Shown here in pieces: positions 10,249 to 20,402 of a stretch of DNA of 64,000 nucleotides. The DNA is from Bacteroidales bacterium. Lineage in GTDB: Bacteria; Bacteroidota; Bacteroidia; Bacteroidales; CAIWKO01. Position 1 is the stretch's first letter. Every line of letters begins with the position of its first letter. The translations under genes and the position numbers were made by a program. Under the pieces are notes generated by a model. The model saw only the letters and a program-made list of their open reading frames with translations. It was not told where the DNA came from and made no database searches. The stretch lies in the NCBI GenBank assembly GCA_035389045.1, contig DAOORA010000001.1, positions 9,458 through 73,457 of the forward strand, given 5' to 3'.

Positions 10249-11934
10249 TTATTCGTATTTAATAGTTTTCGATTTACAGGCCTCCATTCTTTTTTTCAGA
10301 AGTTCCCTGTCAGCCAGGTATGGTATTGATTTTTCCAATGCTTTCCGATAGTATTCAAGCGCTCTGCCATAACTTTTATTTTTATAATAATATTCACCGG
10401 CAAGATAATAAGGTTGATAAAATTCAGGATTGAGCCCTGTCATTTTTTCCGCATCACCTGCGTTTGCCTGTGTTATATCTGAATTCAGATGATCAACAAA
10501 CGCATCCCTGATTTTTTTATATTCCGCTATCTTGCCGGAATAATCAGACAACATTACTGAATCGGGCAGCAAAGATAATTCAAATTCATACATCTCGGTA
10601 TTTTGCATGAGACATTCTTTTTTCTGAAATATCTTATTTAAATCATAACAAACATAGGTTCCTGCCTGATACGGTGTTGTGGAAACCCAAACGAGGAGTT
10701 GTTCCGGTTTAAAGATCACAGAATGGTGGGCAATAAACTGATTCACTGCAAGTTCATTGGTATATCCTATTTTTTTATCATCCATTCCGTCGGGATTGCG
10801 CAACAATGCAGCAGCGCTGTTTTCATCCATCGGGCTGCTATTCCTGATCAACTGCTCCACCCTTTTAAAACGATATACGGTAGGTGTTTCATTCATTTGC
10901 ATTATATTCAACTTATCGGATGCATATTCAGTACTCTGAAAATGATTGGTACAGATAATATAATTTGAATCATTCTCAAACAGGACCGTCTTTTCAGGGC
11001 TTTTTTCGATGATGCAGGCTTTTTTATCTTTGGCTGAACCTATCATAAAAGATTCAGAAACAAAAACCTGGTAACGCCCGGCAATCCCGAAGGCCTCACG
11101 GATATTCCGGGCATATTGTAATATATGTTTGGCCACCAGCGACACCGGACATGCCGAATGTAAAGGTACCTGCGATTTGGCCGCGTTGATTGTCACGGTC
11201 AGCCCCTGGTCGTTCATGCCGGAAACAACGCCGGTCATCCCGCCCCAGGAGATCATCATGTAGTTATAACCCGAATCAGGTTTTACGAATGAGATTATTT
11301 TATCTTCAGCAAAATCATCGTTGATAAAAAAATCAAAGTTTCTGCCTACCAGCAGGGATGAGTCTTTTGATCGTTCGTCCCAGACGGCAAAAGATGTGCA
11401 GCCCACCAGGTGATAATTCTGCATCATGTGGCCTATGTCATGGGCAGCATGATAATTCAGCATCCGCTGATAGTTGCTTCCAATATATTTATATTGGTCA
11501 TCCGCATATTTAGAAACACCAAATATTTCCTGCAGGAATTCCGGCTTGATATAGGTGTCGATCTTTCTGTTAAAAATATCGATAATAAAATTCAGAAAAC
11601 GCCGGTAACTTTTTGATGGCACAAATTTGTTGATCTGCCGGACAAAGATCTTTTCCTGCTTTCGTGATAAGTCACGGGTAAGTTTGCCTGCGGCCAGACC
11701 TCTGTAATACGCATCACCTTCGGTATACAATTCATACAGTCCTGTCCTGCTTTTATGGAACCACGATTTTCCGCAATACACCAGGGAATCGCCGGAAGAT
11801 ACTGTTTTAAAGCTGCTGGTATCTGTATACGGCACCTGTGGAGGGTCAATGGTTTTACTAGAATTGATCAGTATTATGGCTATGACCGAGATCAAAGCGA
11901 CAGAAAAAAAAACTGTGATCAGTAATTTTTTCAT
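10249..11934 (-). CDS. C45-family (Ntn, acyltransferase/hydrolase-like) protein with N-terminal TM helix and C-terminal TPR
   Basis: LVGCTSFAVWD...GRNFDF nucleophile context. C-terminal YYLAGEYYYKNKSYGRALEYYRKALEK is a TPR. Paralog of 18545-20209. Confidence 0.6.
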   Translation of the reverse strand: MKKLLITVFFSVALISVIAIILINSSKTIDPPQVPYTDTSSFKTVSSGDSLVYCGKSWFHKSRTGLYELYTEGDAYYRGLAAGKLTRDLSRKQEKIFVRQINKFVPSKSYRRFLNFIIDIFNRKIDTYIKPEFLQEIFGVSKYADDQYKYIGSNYQRMLNYHAAHDIGHMMQNYHLVGCTSFAVWDERSKDSSLLVGRNFDFFINDDFAEDKIISFVKPDSGYNYMMISWGGMTGVVSGMNDQGLTVTINAAKSQVPLHSACPVSLVAKHILQYARNIREAFGIAGRYQVFVSESFMIGSAKDKKACIIEKSPEKTVLFENDSNYIICTNHFQSTEYASDKLNIMQMNETPTVYRFKRVEQLIRNSSPMDENSAAALLRNPDGMDDKKIGYTNELAVNQFIAHHSVIFKPEQLLVWVSTTPYQAGTYVCYDLNKIFQKKECLMQNTEMYEFELSLLPDSVMLSDYSGKIAEYKKIRDAFVDHLNSDITQANAGDAEKMTGLNPEFYQPYYLAGEYYYKNKSYGRALEYYRKALEKSIPYLADRELLKKRMEACKSKTIKYE

Positions 11935-13436
11935 TACGGGTTACAACTTTTTATTTTCCCGACAAGGTATTCCAGTCCTAACAACTCTGAACAGGTGGTC
12001 ACGGAACCTATGGTCACGCCAAGCACGCCGTGCAGAATGATATTTTGTCCTGTAAGAAAAAGGTTGGGTATTTTGGTCCGTGGCGATATCAATGTTTTCA
12101 ACGGGTCGTTGCAGTCTCTGAGGACGCCGTATAACGAGCCATCCACCGTACCGGTATAATCACGGTAGGTGAGCGGTGAAGAGGTGTAATACTTATGGAT
12201 ACATTTCCGGAATCCCGGATAACGGAGTTCAACAAGATCGAGCATCTGTCCGGCTTTTTGCTGTTTGAAATCCAGGTAATCATTACTGCGCTTTCCTACC
12301 ACCGTGTTTTCCCACTTTTTCACATCATCAATATTCATATATGACATAACAGTAGCATTACAGGCATATTTGCTCCCGGAAGAAGAGGCCGGTGTTATCA
12401 GAAGAATATTTCCCGGCCAGTTCTGATCAGCTTTTTCATTTGACAACCATACATTTTCATTTCTGTAGAAATACAGGTTATGGTTGAGATATTCAAAGGA
12501 ATCCGGTTTAAAAACGATATAAAGCGTAAAATTAGATGTGGTATTTTCGAGGGTTTTGATTCGCTGGCGATATACACTGCGTAAGAATTTTTCATCCACC
12601 ATACCGATGGTTTGGGCCGGATGGATGGCTGAAATAAAATATCGTGCATCAATCACTTCATCATTGGCAAGTGCTACAGAAGTGAGTCTATTATTATTAA
12701 AAACAAATTTCTCAGCCCTTGCCGAGGTAATTATTTTCCCGCCGTTTAGAATGATCTTAGCAGCTAAAATATCGGCTATTTGGGAACTTCCGTCCACCAC
12801 CTTCCAGGAGCTTTCAATAAAAGAATTATTGACGAGTGCATGAACATAAAGGGGCGTTTTTTCAGGAACACCGGCATATAATGAATTGGTTCCGGCCAGC
12901 ACACGCTGAAGTTTTTTATTGTCTGTGATGGAGGTAAAATAGTCGTAAGCATTTTCCCGGAAAAATTGCAGTTCATTGAGGTGCAGGTTCTTATAACTCA
13001 GGTTATATAAGGGGAAATGCTCACATATTTCATTTAATTTTCTGATATAGTGCACCAAAGCATCTTTCTCATCCGGAAAATACTCCATCAGTCTGCGGAT
13101 AAAATTTTCATGACCCATCGCCAGGTGATACTCCATGGGATCATTTGCAAAACCAATGACATCAAACGCCTCCTGATCCATTCTTTGCAACCTGAGTTTA
13201 TCCATCAGGCCGAAATAGGTAAAATACTGGTTCAGAATCTGTCCTTTGTCAAGGCCGCCGATATAATGAATGCCCGTATCAAAAACACAGTTGTCGCGTT
13301 TGAAATTCTGCAGGCAGCCGCCAATCTGCGAATGTTGTTCGACAATACATACGTTATATCCTTCGGAACTTAAAATATACCCGCACTCTAAACCACCCAG
13401 GCCACTGCCGATGATCACCACATCGTAACTACTCAT
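11934..13436 (-). CDS. NAD(P)/FAD-dependent oxidoreductase, phytoene desaturase (CrtI-like) family
   Basis: Dinucleotide-binding YDVVIIGSGLGGLECGYILSSEGYNVCIVEQHSQIGG. 500 aa. Confidence 0.75.
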   Translation of the reverse strand: MSSYDVVIIGSGLGGLECGYILSSEGYNVCIVEQHSQIGGCLQNFKRDNCVFDTGIHYIGGLDKGQILNQYFTYFGLMDKLRLQRMDQEAFDVIGFANDPMEYHLAMGHENFIRRLMEYFPDEKDALVHYIRKLNEICEHFPLYNLSYKNLHLNELQFFRENAYDYFTSITDNKKLQRVLAGTNSLYAGVPEKTPLYVHALVNNSFIESSWKVVDGSSQIADILAAKIILNGGKIITSARAEKFVFNNNRLTSVALANDEVIDARYFISAIHPAQTIGMVDEKFLRSVYRQRIKTLENTTSNFTLYIVFKPDSFEYLNHNLYFYRNENVWLSNEKADQNWPGNILLITPASSSGSKYACNATVMSYMNIDDVKKWENTVVGKRSNDYLDFKQQKAGQMLDLVELRYPGFRKCIHKYYTSSPLTYRDYTGTVDGSLYGVLRDCNDPLKTLISPRTKIPNLFLTGQNIILHGVLGVTIGSVTTCSELLGLEYLVGKIKSCNP

Positions 13437-16400
13437 AAAGCTTTTTTTTGTTTAATACAAACAACACATTGGAGGTAACCTTATTATCATCAATTATAGC
13501 CATCTCAAGCCCGGATTTGGCAACGACCTCACGGATCATACCGGCAGACAGGAATTGCAATTTGTTTTTACCCGTTTTGTTAAAGCCAAAGTTTGTAGAA
13601 AAAATTTCTGTCAACCTGGTCATCCCATGCCTTTTAACCAGATCCCGGTTGCCGTCTCTGATCAAAATCAACCCACCTTCGTTCAGGTTCGCGATGCATT
13701 GTTCCAACGTTTTTCTCTGGTCATAATGTTCCAGATAATGCAGCACATCGCTCAGGATAATGACGTCCTGATGCTCCATTTTATAACTCAGGATATCTTC
13801 ATGGGCAAAGGATACATTGGCGGGTTTTGACAAACAATGCGACGCCAGGGCGATTTTATCTTCATCAAAATCAATACCCTTAATGGTCCTGTCTTTTGAG
13901 ATCATGCCCAGCATCAATGATATGTAACCGTAACCACATCCGATATCCAGAATCTTAGCTTTCATTGGGATCAGGTTATTGTACAGCTGATAATTCTTTT
14001 CAATTTTTAGTTTGATCCTGGTATACCATTCGATCACAGGGCCTTTGTAAATAAAGTTCTTTATGAGAATATCTTTGTAATGGACAGGCTGTTTATAAAA
14101 GTCAAGGATTTCTCCGAATTCCTTCCTGTAAAGCCGGGTAAGGCCTTTGGCACGTTCCAGGTAGTCCGCACCGTATGCTGTGTTAGCGGGTATAATACGG
14201 TCCAAAAATTTAACAGTTATCGTGCTTCTCTTGCCAAACAGTTCACCCTTAGCCACATAATTGGCTGTTCCATGAATAACAACGGGCAATATATCAAGGT
14301 TCATACTCTCGGCAAGGTAAAAGGCGCCTTTGTGAAAACGATGTATCTGTTGATCCGGCGAACGTGATCCTTCGGGAAAGATGACCACAGAATATCCATC
14401 GCGGAAGTATTCCGTCAACTTTTCCTTTATCATATCGTAACCCGATGATGAGGGCAGGTAGCCGGACATGCGAATGAGAATCCCCCTGATCTTTGAATAG
14501 TACATTTTATCGTTGGTGAGCATGATTATTTTTGGGGTGAACATCAGCAGCAGGGGAATATCTATGCTCGACTGGTGGTTACATATGATAAGGGCAGGTT
14601 TTCTGAATGTCCCGGGTGATAAACCGATAAAACGTTTCTTGGTAAAGAACATCACATACATGGTGCTGCGGCTTACCAGCATCATCATGTAATGAAAAAT
14701 ATATTTTCTTTTTTTCCGGGTTACAGGCAGTATCTTCAGGACGGTCAATCCAAGCACCACGGTCAGAACACACCCTGCTAAATAGTATGAATAACATACA
14801 ATGGCATAGAACAAGCCAAAAAAAGTTACCGGAAATTTTCTGAATTTATTTTTTTTAATGATGAGCCAGCGGAACAGCACCGGCACCAGGGTATACGACA
14901 TGAACACCACAGACAACATACCGATAATGGTCAGCAGGGCAATGGAACGCAAAGCAGGATGCCGTGCCAGGATCAGCACTCCGATACCCACAAACATGGT
15001 GAACGCGGATAAAAATACGGCTGTTTTGTATGAATCCAGTATCCTGACACCTTTTTTGTATTCCTGCAACAATCCATCCATGATAAAGATACTGTAATCG
15101 TCGCCCAGGCCAAAAATAAACGCCGAGATAATGATACTGAAAATATTGAATTGCACATTCAGCAAACCCATGATGCCCATTATCCACACCCAGCTTATCA
15201 GCATCGGGACAAAGGCAATAGCAGCCAGTTCGATGCGGCCGTACGAAAACAACAGGAAGAAAAATACCAGCAGTGACGAGATCAGGAGAACGGTATTAAA
15301 ATCTTTATTGATGGAATCCATAAAATGAGACAACAGGCTGCCGGTCTCAACGATCACCGTATTTTCGGTCTCAGGAATGGCAGCAATCACTGCATCATGA
15401 TTACGGGGATTAATTTTTAACTGAGTGATTACGAAATTATCGTTGCCGGCCTGATTGACAAACTGTCCGGCAAAATTAGTTTTCAGATAATCGAAATCCC
15501 TTTTGCTGATGGCTGTGTATTTCCGGTCAATAACGACAAGAAAATCTTCAAACGCATCATCGGTGAAACCAAGTTTTTGACTGCCGAGTGTCAGGCAGGT
15601 TCTAATTTTTTCCTTACGGTCGTCATTCCAGAAGGATTCCCATTTTTGGATTTTTGCCTTTTGCATGGAATCCGAAAGCAGAACGGAGGATACACCCGAC
15701 ACCTGCCCGATAAGCTGTTTGTGCCTCAAATCAGCTATTTTACGGTTTAAGTTTTCATTCTTTCTGAGGGATTCGTCCAGCGTATTTCCTTTGCTGACAA
15801 TATACATTATCCGCTGCGAATTGCCGGATATCCGGTTCATGGTCTGCTCCGCCTGCTTCAATTTTTCCGAAACATAGCCGAGTTTGCTCAAATCGGTGTC
15901 AAAACTGGCTTTTCGGGCCATGAAAAGAAAAAAAACCGTCAGCACCACAATGCTTATGACGATATAACGGTTCCGGTCGAAATTATAGGATGAAATTTTT
16001 TCAATGATTTTCAGCAAGTGATTATCCGGTGAATCACTGGTTTGCTTTTTGATCCTGATGATAAAAGGCAGGAATATCAACGTAAACAATACGGAACCTA
16101 CCAGGCACAAAGCAGCGACCATTCCAAAATCTCTCAGCACCTGCGACCTGACAAACAACAGCCCCAGAAAGGCACCTATAGTGGTGATACTCCCTATGGT
16201 CAGCGGCGTGGAAAGGTCCTTTATCACCAGCCGCACCGAGCCAACATGCAGGTAATGCGTATAAAAATGTATGGAATAATTTAAAGCAATGCCCAGCACC
16301 AGCGACCCTGCTCCCAGCGCAATGAGCGAAATATCCGGATGTAACAGGAAAACCAGCGCCAGCGAAAACAAGCCTCCGAAAAGCACGGAAAGCAGCATAA

Positions 16401-17298
16401 CAAACAGGGATGACCTACTCCTGAAATACATTCCGAAAAAGATCAGCAGTATCAGCACTGCAATACCCATGGTCAGCATGAAATCCTTTTTCATTTGAGA
16501 GGCATTGGCCACCGAAGCGGCAACAGCGCCGAAGTATTGTATGCTGACGGATTGACTGCCGGCCTTTTTTGAGTTTTCTTCAATAATCTTATCCAGCCCT
16601 TTTATCAGCAAGGTGTTCTGATAGCTCTCGCTCGTCTCATTGGCCGACGTAATGAACATCAGCAGGGTTCTATTATCTTTCGAAAATATATGCCCGTTCA
16701 CAATATTATAATTGCTTCCGACACCCGAAAGGTTCAGTTTCTGAAGTGCAAATCTGCTGAGGCTGAGCGGATCACGAATGATGAACTTTTTCAAGAACAT
16801 ACCTGCAGGGGACACCAGCATTTTATAACTACCGGACAGCGTGGAATCTATATAGTCCGGATCTATCATTTTTTCTATCTGCAAATAATCCTCATCATCC
16901 AGAAAGAATGGCAGGTTATTCCAGATCACTTCATAGGTTCCGGACATTTGTTCTTCATTGATCTTATTGGTGACATCCCTGACCAGGGCAGGATATAACG
17001 AAGTTTTTATATCGCCTTCGAGATCTTCAGCACATGAAATAAGTTTTGCAGGATCAGCATGAGCCGAATCTTTATCACTAATAATAACAATAAGCTTGTC
17101 GTTAGCTTTTATCAACCTGAAAATATCCGTGACATTTTCCAGTTCTTTAGTCCTGGGCAAAAAATCAAGGATATCTTCGCTGAATCTGACGCGTCCGGCC
17201 AAAAAAACAAAAACAGCGACCAGCAGGAATAAGAAAGTAAAAAGCAACCACCTCCGTTTACTGAAGAAATCATATATTTTTAAAAACAAAAAACTCAT
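13429..17298 (-). CDS. Trifunctional fusion: MMPL/RND-like transporter + lysophospholipid (PlsC-type) acyltransferase + class I SAM methyltransferase
   Basis: About 800 aa of multi-TM sequence. Then HX4D motif NHQSSIDIPLL and FPEGSRS, then ILDIGCGYGYISLML (SAM motif I). Confidence 0.8.
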   Translation of the reverse strand: MSFLFLKIYDFFSKRRWLLFTFLFLLVAVFVFLAGRVRFSEDILDFLPRTKELENVTDIFRLIKANDKLIVIISDKDSAHADPAKLISCAEDLEGDIKTSLYPALVRDVTNKINEEQMSGTYEVIWNNLPFFLDDEDYLQIEKMIDPDYIDSTLSGSYKMLVSPAGMFLKKFIIRDPLSLSRFALQKLNLSGVGSNYNIVNGHIFSKDNRTLLMFITSANETSESYQNTLLIKGLDKIIEENSKKAGSQSVSIQYFGAVAASVANASQMKKDFMLTMGIAVLILLIFFGMYFRSRSSLFVMLLSVLFGGLFSLALVFLLHPDISLIALGAGSLVLGIALNYSIHFYTHYLHVGSVRLVIKDLSTPLTIGSITTIGAFLGLLFVRSQVLRDFGMVAALCLVGSVLFTLIFLPFIIRIKKQTSDSPDNHLLKIIEKISSYNFDRNRYIVISIVVLTVFFLFMARKASFDTDLSKLGYVSEKLKQAEQTMNRISGNSQRIMYIVSKGNTLDESLRKNENLNRKIADLRHKQLIGQVSGVSSVLLSDSMQKAKIQKWESFWNDDRKEKIRTCLTLGSQKLGFTDDAFEDFLVVIDRKYTAISKRDFDYLKTNFAGQFVNQAGNDNFVITQLKINPRNHDAVIAAIPETENTVIVETGSLLSHFMDSINKDFNTVLLISSLLVFFFLLFSYGRIELAAIAFVPMLISWVWIMGIMGLLNVQFNIFSIIISAFIFGLGDDYSIFIMDGLLQEYKKGVRILDSYKTAVFLSAFTMFVGIGVLILARHPALRSIALLTIIGMLSVVFMSYTLVPVLFRWLIIKKNKFRKFPVTFFGLFYAIVCYSYYLAGCVLTVVLGLTVLKILPVTRKKRKYIFHYMMMLVSRSTMYVMFFTKKRFIGLSPGTFRKPALIICNHQSSIDIPLLLMFTPKIIMLTNDKMYYSKIRGILIRMSGYLPSSSGYDMIKEKLTEYFRDGYSVVIFPEGSRSPDQQIHRFHKGAFYLAESMNLDILPVVIHGTANYVAKGELFGKRSTITVKFLDRIIPANTAYGADYLERAKGLTRLYRKEFGEILDFYKQPVHYKDILIKNFIYKGPVIEWYTRIKLKIEKNYQLYNNLIPMKAKILDIGCGYGYISLMLGMISKDRTIKGIDFDEDKIALASHCLSKPANVSFAHEDILSYKMEHQDVIILSDVLHYLEHYDQRKTLEQCIANLNEGGLILIRDGNRDLVKRHGMTRLTEIFSTNFGFNKTGKNKLQFLSAGMIREVVAKSGLEMAIIDDNKVTSNVLFVLNKKKLYE

Positions 17299-17327
17299 TC
17301 CGATTGTTTTACTGCCGGTAGTGGCTA

Positions 17328-18569
17328 TTATTGCTCACTGTTTGCCACCACATTATTATTTCTTCTCTTTTTTCTTCGTGCTATTTTAAGGATTATCAGT
17401 GTGACTAAGCCTGCTACCAGCGCAATAAATACTCCAAAAGTCACACTACCGAGGAGGTATTGAATAATATTGATTTTGATCGTAGCCAGCGATATCTGGG
17501 ATGAATAGGGTATATCAACTGCATTATGAGGAATTACCCAACCGCCGAATACATAACTCAGATAAATGATCAACGGGATATTCGGGGTGAGGCTGATATT
17601 ACTTGCCACCAGGGTGATCAGTTTGTTAAGCCGGAATAACATGGCCAGCAACACCGCCACCACCATCTGCCAGCCCCAAATAGGAGCCACACCGATAAAA
17701 ACGCCAAGCATCACCGAAAATGTGATTTTGGCATCCGAGTCGGTATTCTGAATGATGTTTTTCTGAAAAAACTCTTTTACATTTTTTTTGTTGAGTAAAC
17801 TGATAAATCCAAAAGGCCGGAAAATAAGCACCGCCAGAATGAACAGCACGATGTTCAGCAGCGTGATCCTCAAAAAATCGGCAAACGGCCTGAAATGACT
17901 TACCCGTTCATTTTTAGGAGGATAATAAACGCTGACAGGCATGGGGATGACAGCAATCCTTTTCCATGCTGAACGTACCAGCACCTCGACCTCGAACTCA
18001 TATTTGCGCCCGAAAAAACGCTTGTTATGCAGCAAAAACAAAGGATAGGAACGAAAACCCGACTGCGTATCCGGGAGTTTGACGCCCGTATCGATGTAAA
18101 ACCAGAAATTTGAAAAACTGTTACCGAAGCTGCTTGCCCCGGGGATACCTTCCTGCTTCATGTTGCGTGAGCCGACAATGACCGCTTCCGGGTTTTCCGT
18201 AATTTTTTCAAGAAACAAAGGCAGGTCTGAAGGCAGATGCTGTCCATCGGCATCCATTGAAATTCCGTAATCAAAATCATGCCCGTAAGCATACTTTATA
18301 GCTTTTCGCAATGCGTAGCCCTTACCCTGGTTTTTCTCAAAATGAATACTATGTATTCCCGTGAAACCTTCGAGTATTTTTTTTGTCCCATCCGTAGAGC
18401 CGTCATTGACCACAATAATATTCCGTGTAAACGCAAGGGTTTCAGAGATCACCTTCCCTAAAGTACCGGCATTGTTGTATGCCGGTATGATCACACAACA
18501 CCTTAATTTATCAAACATTTCTATGTATTCGGTATTTCCGGGCATTAGTTTGGTGTTCTGTTTTCGCAA
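17328..18569 (-). CDS. Family 2 glycosyltransferase fused to a DUF2062-like membrane domain
   Basis: VIIPAYNNAGTLGKVI...VVNDGSTDGT and SMDADGQH (DxD). C-terminal GVFIGVAPIWGWQMVVAVLLAMLFRLNK. Confidence 0.8.
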   Translation of the reverse strand: MRKQNTKLMPGNTEYIEMFDKLRCCVIIPAYNNAGTLGKVISETLAFTRNIIVVNDGSTDGTKKILEGFTGIHSIHFEKNQGKGYALRKAIKYAYGHDFDYGISMDADGQHLPSDLPLFLEKITENPEAVIVGSRNMKQEGIPGASSFGNSFSNFWFYIDTGVKLPDTQSGFRSYPLFLLHNKRFFGRKYEFEVEVLVRSAWKRIAVIPMPVSVYYPPKNERVSHFRPFADFLRITLLNIVLFILAVLIFRPFGFISLLNKKNVKEFFQKNIIQNTDSDAKITFSVMLGVFIGVAPIWGWQMVVAVLLAMLFRLNKLITLVASNISLTPNIPLIIYLSYVFGGWVIPHNAVDIPYSSQISLATIKINIIQYLLGSVTFGVFIALVAGLVTLIILKIARRKKRRNNNVVANSEQ

Positions 18570-20209
18570 AATTTCATTTTCTTTTTTATCTCCTCCCTTT
18601 CTTGTACGGTGGGAATTTCTTTCCGAAGGGCTGTACGATAGTATCCGGCTGCTTTTACATAATCCTTTTTGTTATAAAAAAAATTTCCGGCAACGCTGTA
18701 TGACAGGTAATAATCGGGATTCAGGCCGGTAAATCCGTCGATCTCCTCCTGAGAAACATCAAAGTTTCCGGGTGTATCCGAAATTTTCTTTTTTAGTTCC
18801 TTGAACCGTTCAAAATCCTCAAATCCGCCGTTGTCCAGGAAATTATCATGTACGATAGCCAAATCCTCCTTAATGATGGTGTCGCCATCCTGAAAATCCT
18901 CTGCCCTGCTGAAAACCTCGTGAAGATCATAACAAATGAACTCGCCCAATCCGAATTCACCGGCCGATATCCACATCTTCAGCTCCACTGGATTAAATAC
19001 CACCGAATGATGAGCCAACAACTGGTTGACGGTTTTTTCGTTCCCGTTACCAATGGATACATCGCCCAGGCCCTTCCTGTCGCGCAGTATTTCCACCGCA
19101 GCCTTCACCGATAATTTCGGGTGGCTTGCCAGAAGTTCTGCCGTTCTTTTGTAACGATACATGGATGCGCTTCCTTCAATATGTTTCAGATTTATGGGAT
19201 CGTTTTTTAAGGCCCCGGACTGGAAATGGTTCGTGCAAATGATCTGCTCCGTCCCGGGATCAAACAATTCGGTCTGGTAGGGCGTTTTTTCAATGATCAG
19301 CGCCCGGTTTTCCCTACCGGAACTCACGAGAAAAGATTCGGAAACAAATATCTTACGTTTTTTTGCGATTTCAATAACTTCATCAATAGTAGACGCATAC
19401 TGGAGCATCTCCCTGATGAGTATGGTAACCGGCGTGGCTGTTTTGGCCATAAGCTTTGATTTTGCCGCATTCACCGTTATGGCCAGTCCTTTGACGTTCA
19501 TGCCGGAAACCGTGCCGATCAAAGCGCCCCATGTTATCATCACAAATCTATGACCTTTATCAGGGGCATAAAAAGTTATTATTTTCTCTTTACAGAATTC
19601 ATCGCCGACATAGAAATCGAAATTACGAGCATGTATGATCTGTTCGTTTTCAGTGCGACCACCCCGCGCAACAAAAGAGGTACACCCCACCAGGTTCATA
19701 TCCTGAAGCATATGCCCAATATCGTGGGCTGCATGATAGTTAAGCACTCTCATATAATTAGGGCCGATCAGCCTGAAATCTTTTGAAGCCGAAAGCGACA
19801 CTCCGTAGATCTCCTGGTCGTATTCATTGCCGATGTATTTTTTCAGTTTTCTGTTGATCCATGCCACCACATACTTCAGAAAGCCAAGGTAAAAACTGTT
19901 TTTGACGATGGCTTTGATTTCGGAAATAAAGATCTTTTCCTGGGTATAGATCAGTTTTTCGGTCAGCCTGCCGTTGACCACCCCACGTTCAAAAGGGGCG
20001 CCGGCCACATACATTTCGTATAAGCCGTGTTTGTTCCTGTTCAGCCAGTTTTTACCAAGATGCACAACAGAGCCGGAACTTGTGACCGTGCGGCTCATCA
20101 TATCCGTATCCGGGACATCAGGCGGAACCTTTATCACCATTACTGCAAACAACGCAACAATAAAACCAACGATAAGTATAGATCCCAGTATAATATATAG
20201 TCCTGTCAA
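18545..20209 (-). CDS. C45-family protein with TM helix and C-terminal TPR (paralog)
   Basis: LVGCTSFVARG...ARNFDF and a C-terminal TPR (NFFYNKKDYVKAAGYYRTALRK). Collinear with 10249-11934. Confidence 0.6.
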   Translation of the reverse strand: MTGLYIILGSILIVGFIVALFAVMVIKVPPDVPDTDMMSRTVTSSGSVVHLGKNWLNRNKHGLYEMYVAGAPFERGVVNGRLTEKLIYTQEKIFISEIKAIVKNSFYLGFLKYVVAWINRKLKKYIGNEYDQEIYGVSLSASKDFRLIGPNYMRVLNYHAAHDIGHMLQDMNLVGCTSFVARGGRTENEQIIHARNFDFYVGDEFCKEKIITFYAPDKGHRFVMITWGALIGTVSGMNVKGLAITVNAAKSKLMAKTATPVTILIREMLQYASTIDEVIEIAKKRKIFVSESFLVSSGRENRALIIEKTPYQTELFDPGTEQIICTNHFQSGALKNDPINLKHIEGSASMYRYKRTAELLASHPKLSVKAAVEILRDRKGLGDVSIGNGNEKTVNQLLAHHSVVFNPVELKMWISAGEFGLGEFICYDLHEVFSRAEDFQDGDTIIKEDLAIVHDNFLDNGGFEDFERFKELKKKISDTPGNFDVSQEEIDGFTGLNPDYYLSYSVAGNFFYNKKDYVKAAGYYRTALRKEIPTVQEREEIKKKMKFCENRTPN

Positions 20210-20402
20210 GATGCCAAATTTTACCGCAAAATTAACCCAATTTTTGTATTGATAAAATCATAATAGCCATAAAGCATTTAAAACAGATATCTGCATAGCC
20301 GACAGCAGCGCAATCAAAAGAGAAATAAACGAAACTGTGTTACCGATTACCGGCATCCTGAAGAACTGCAAAGGCGGTATTATTATATGGTCAGGAATAA
20401 AA

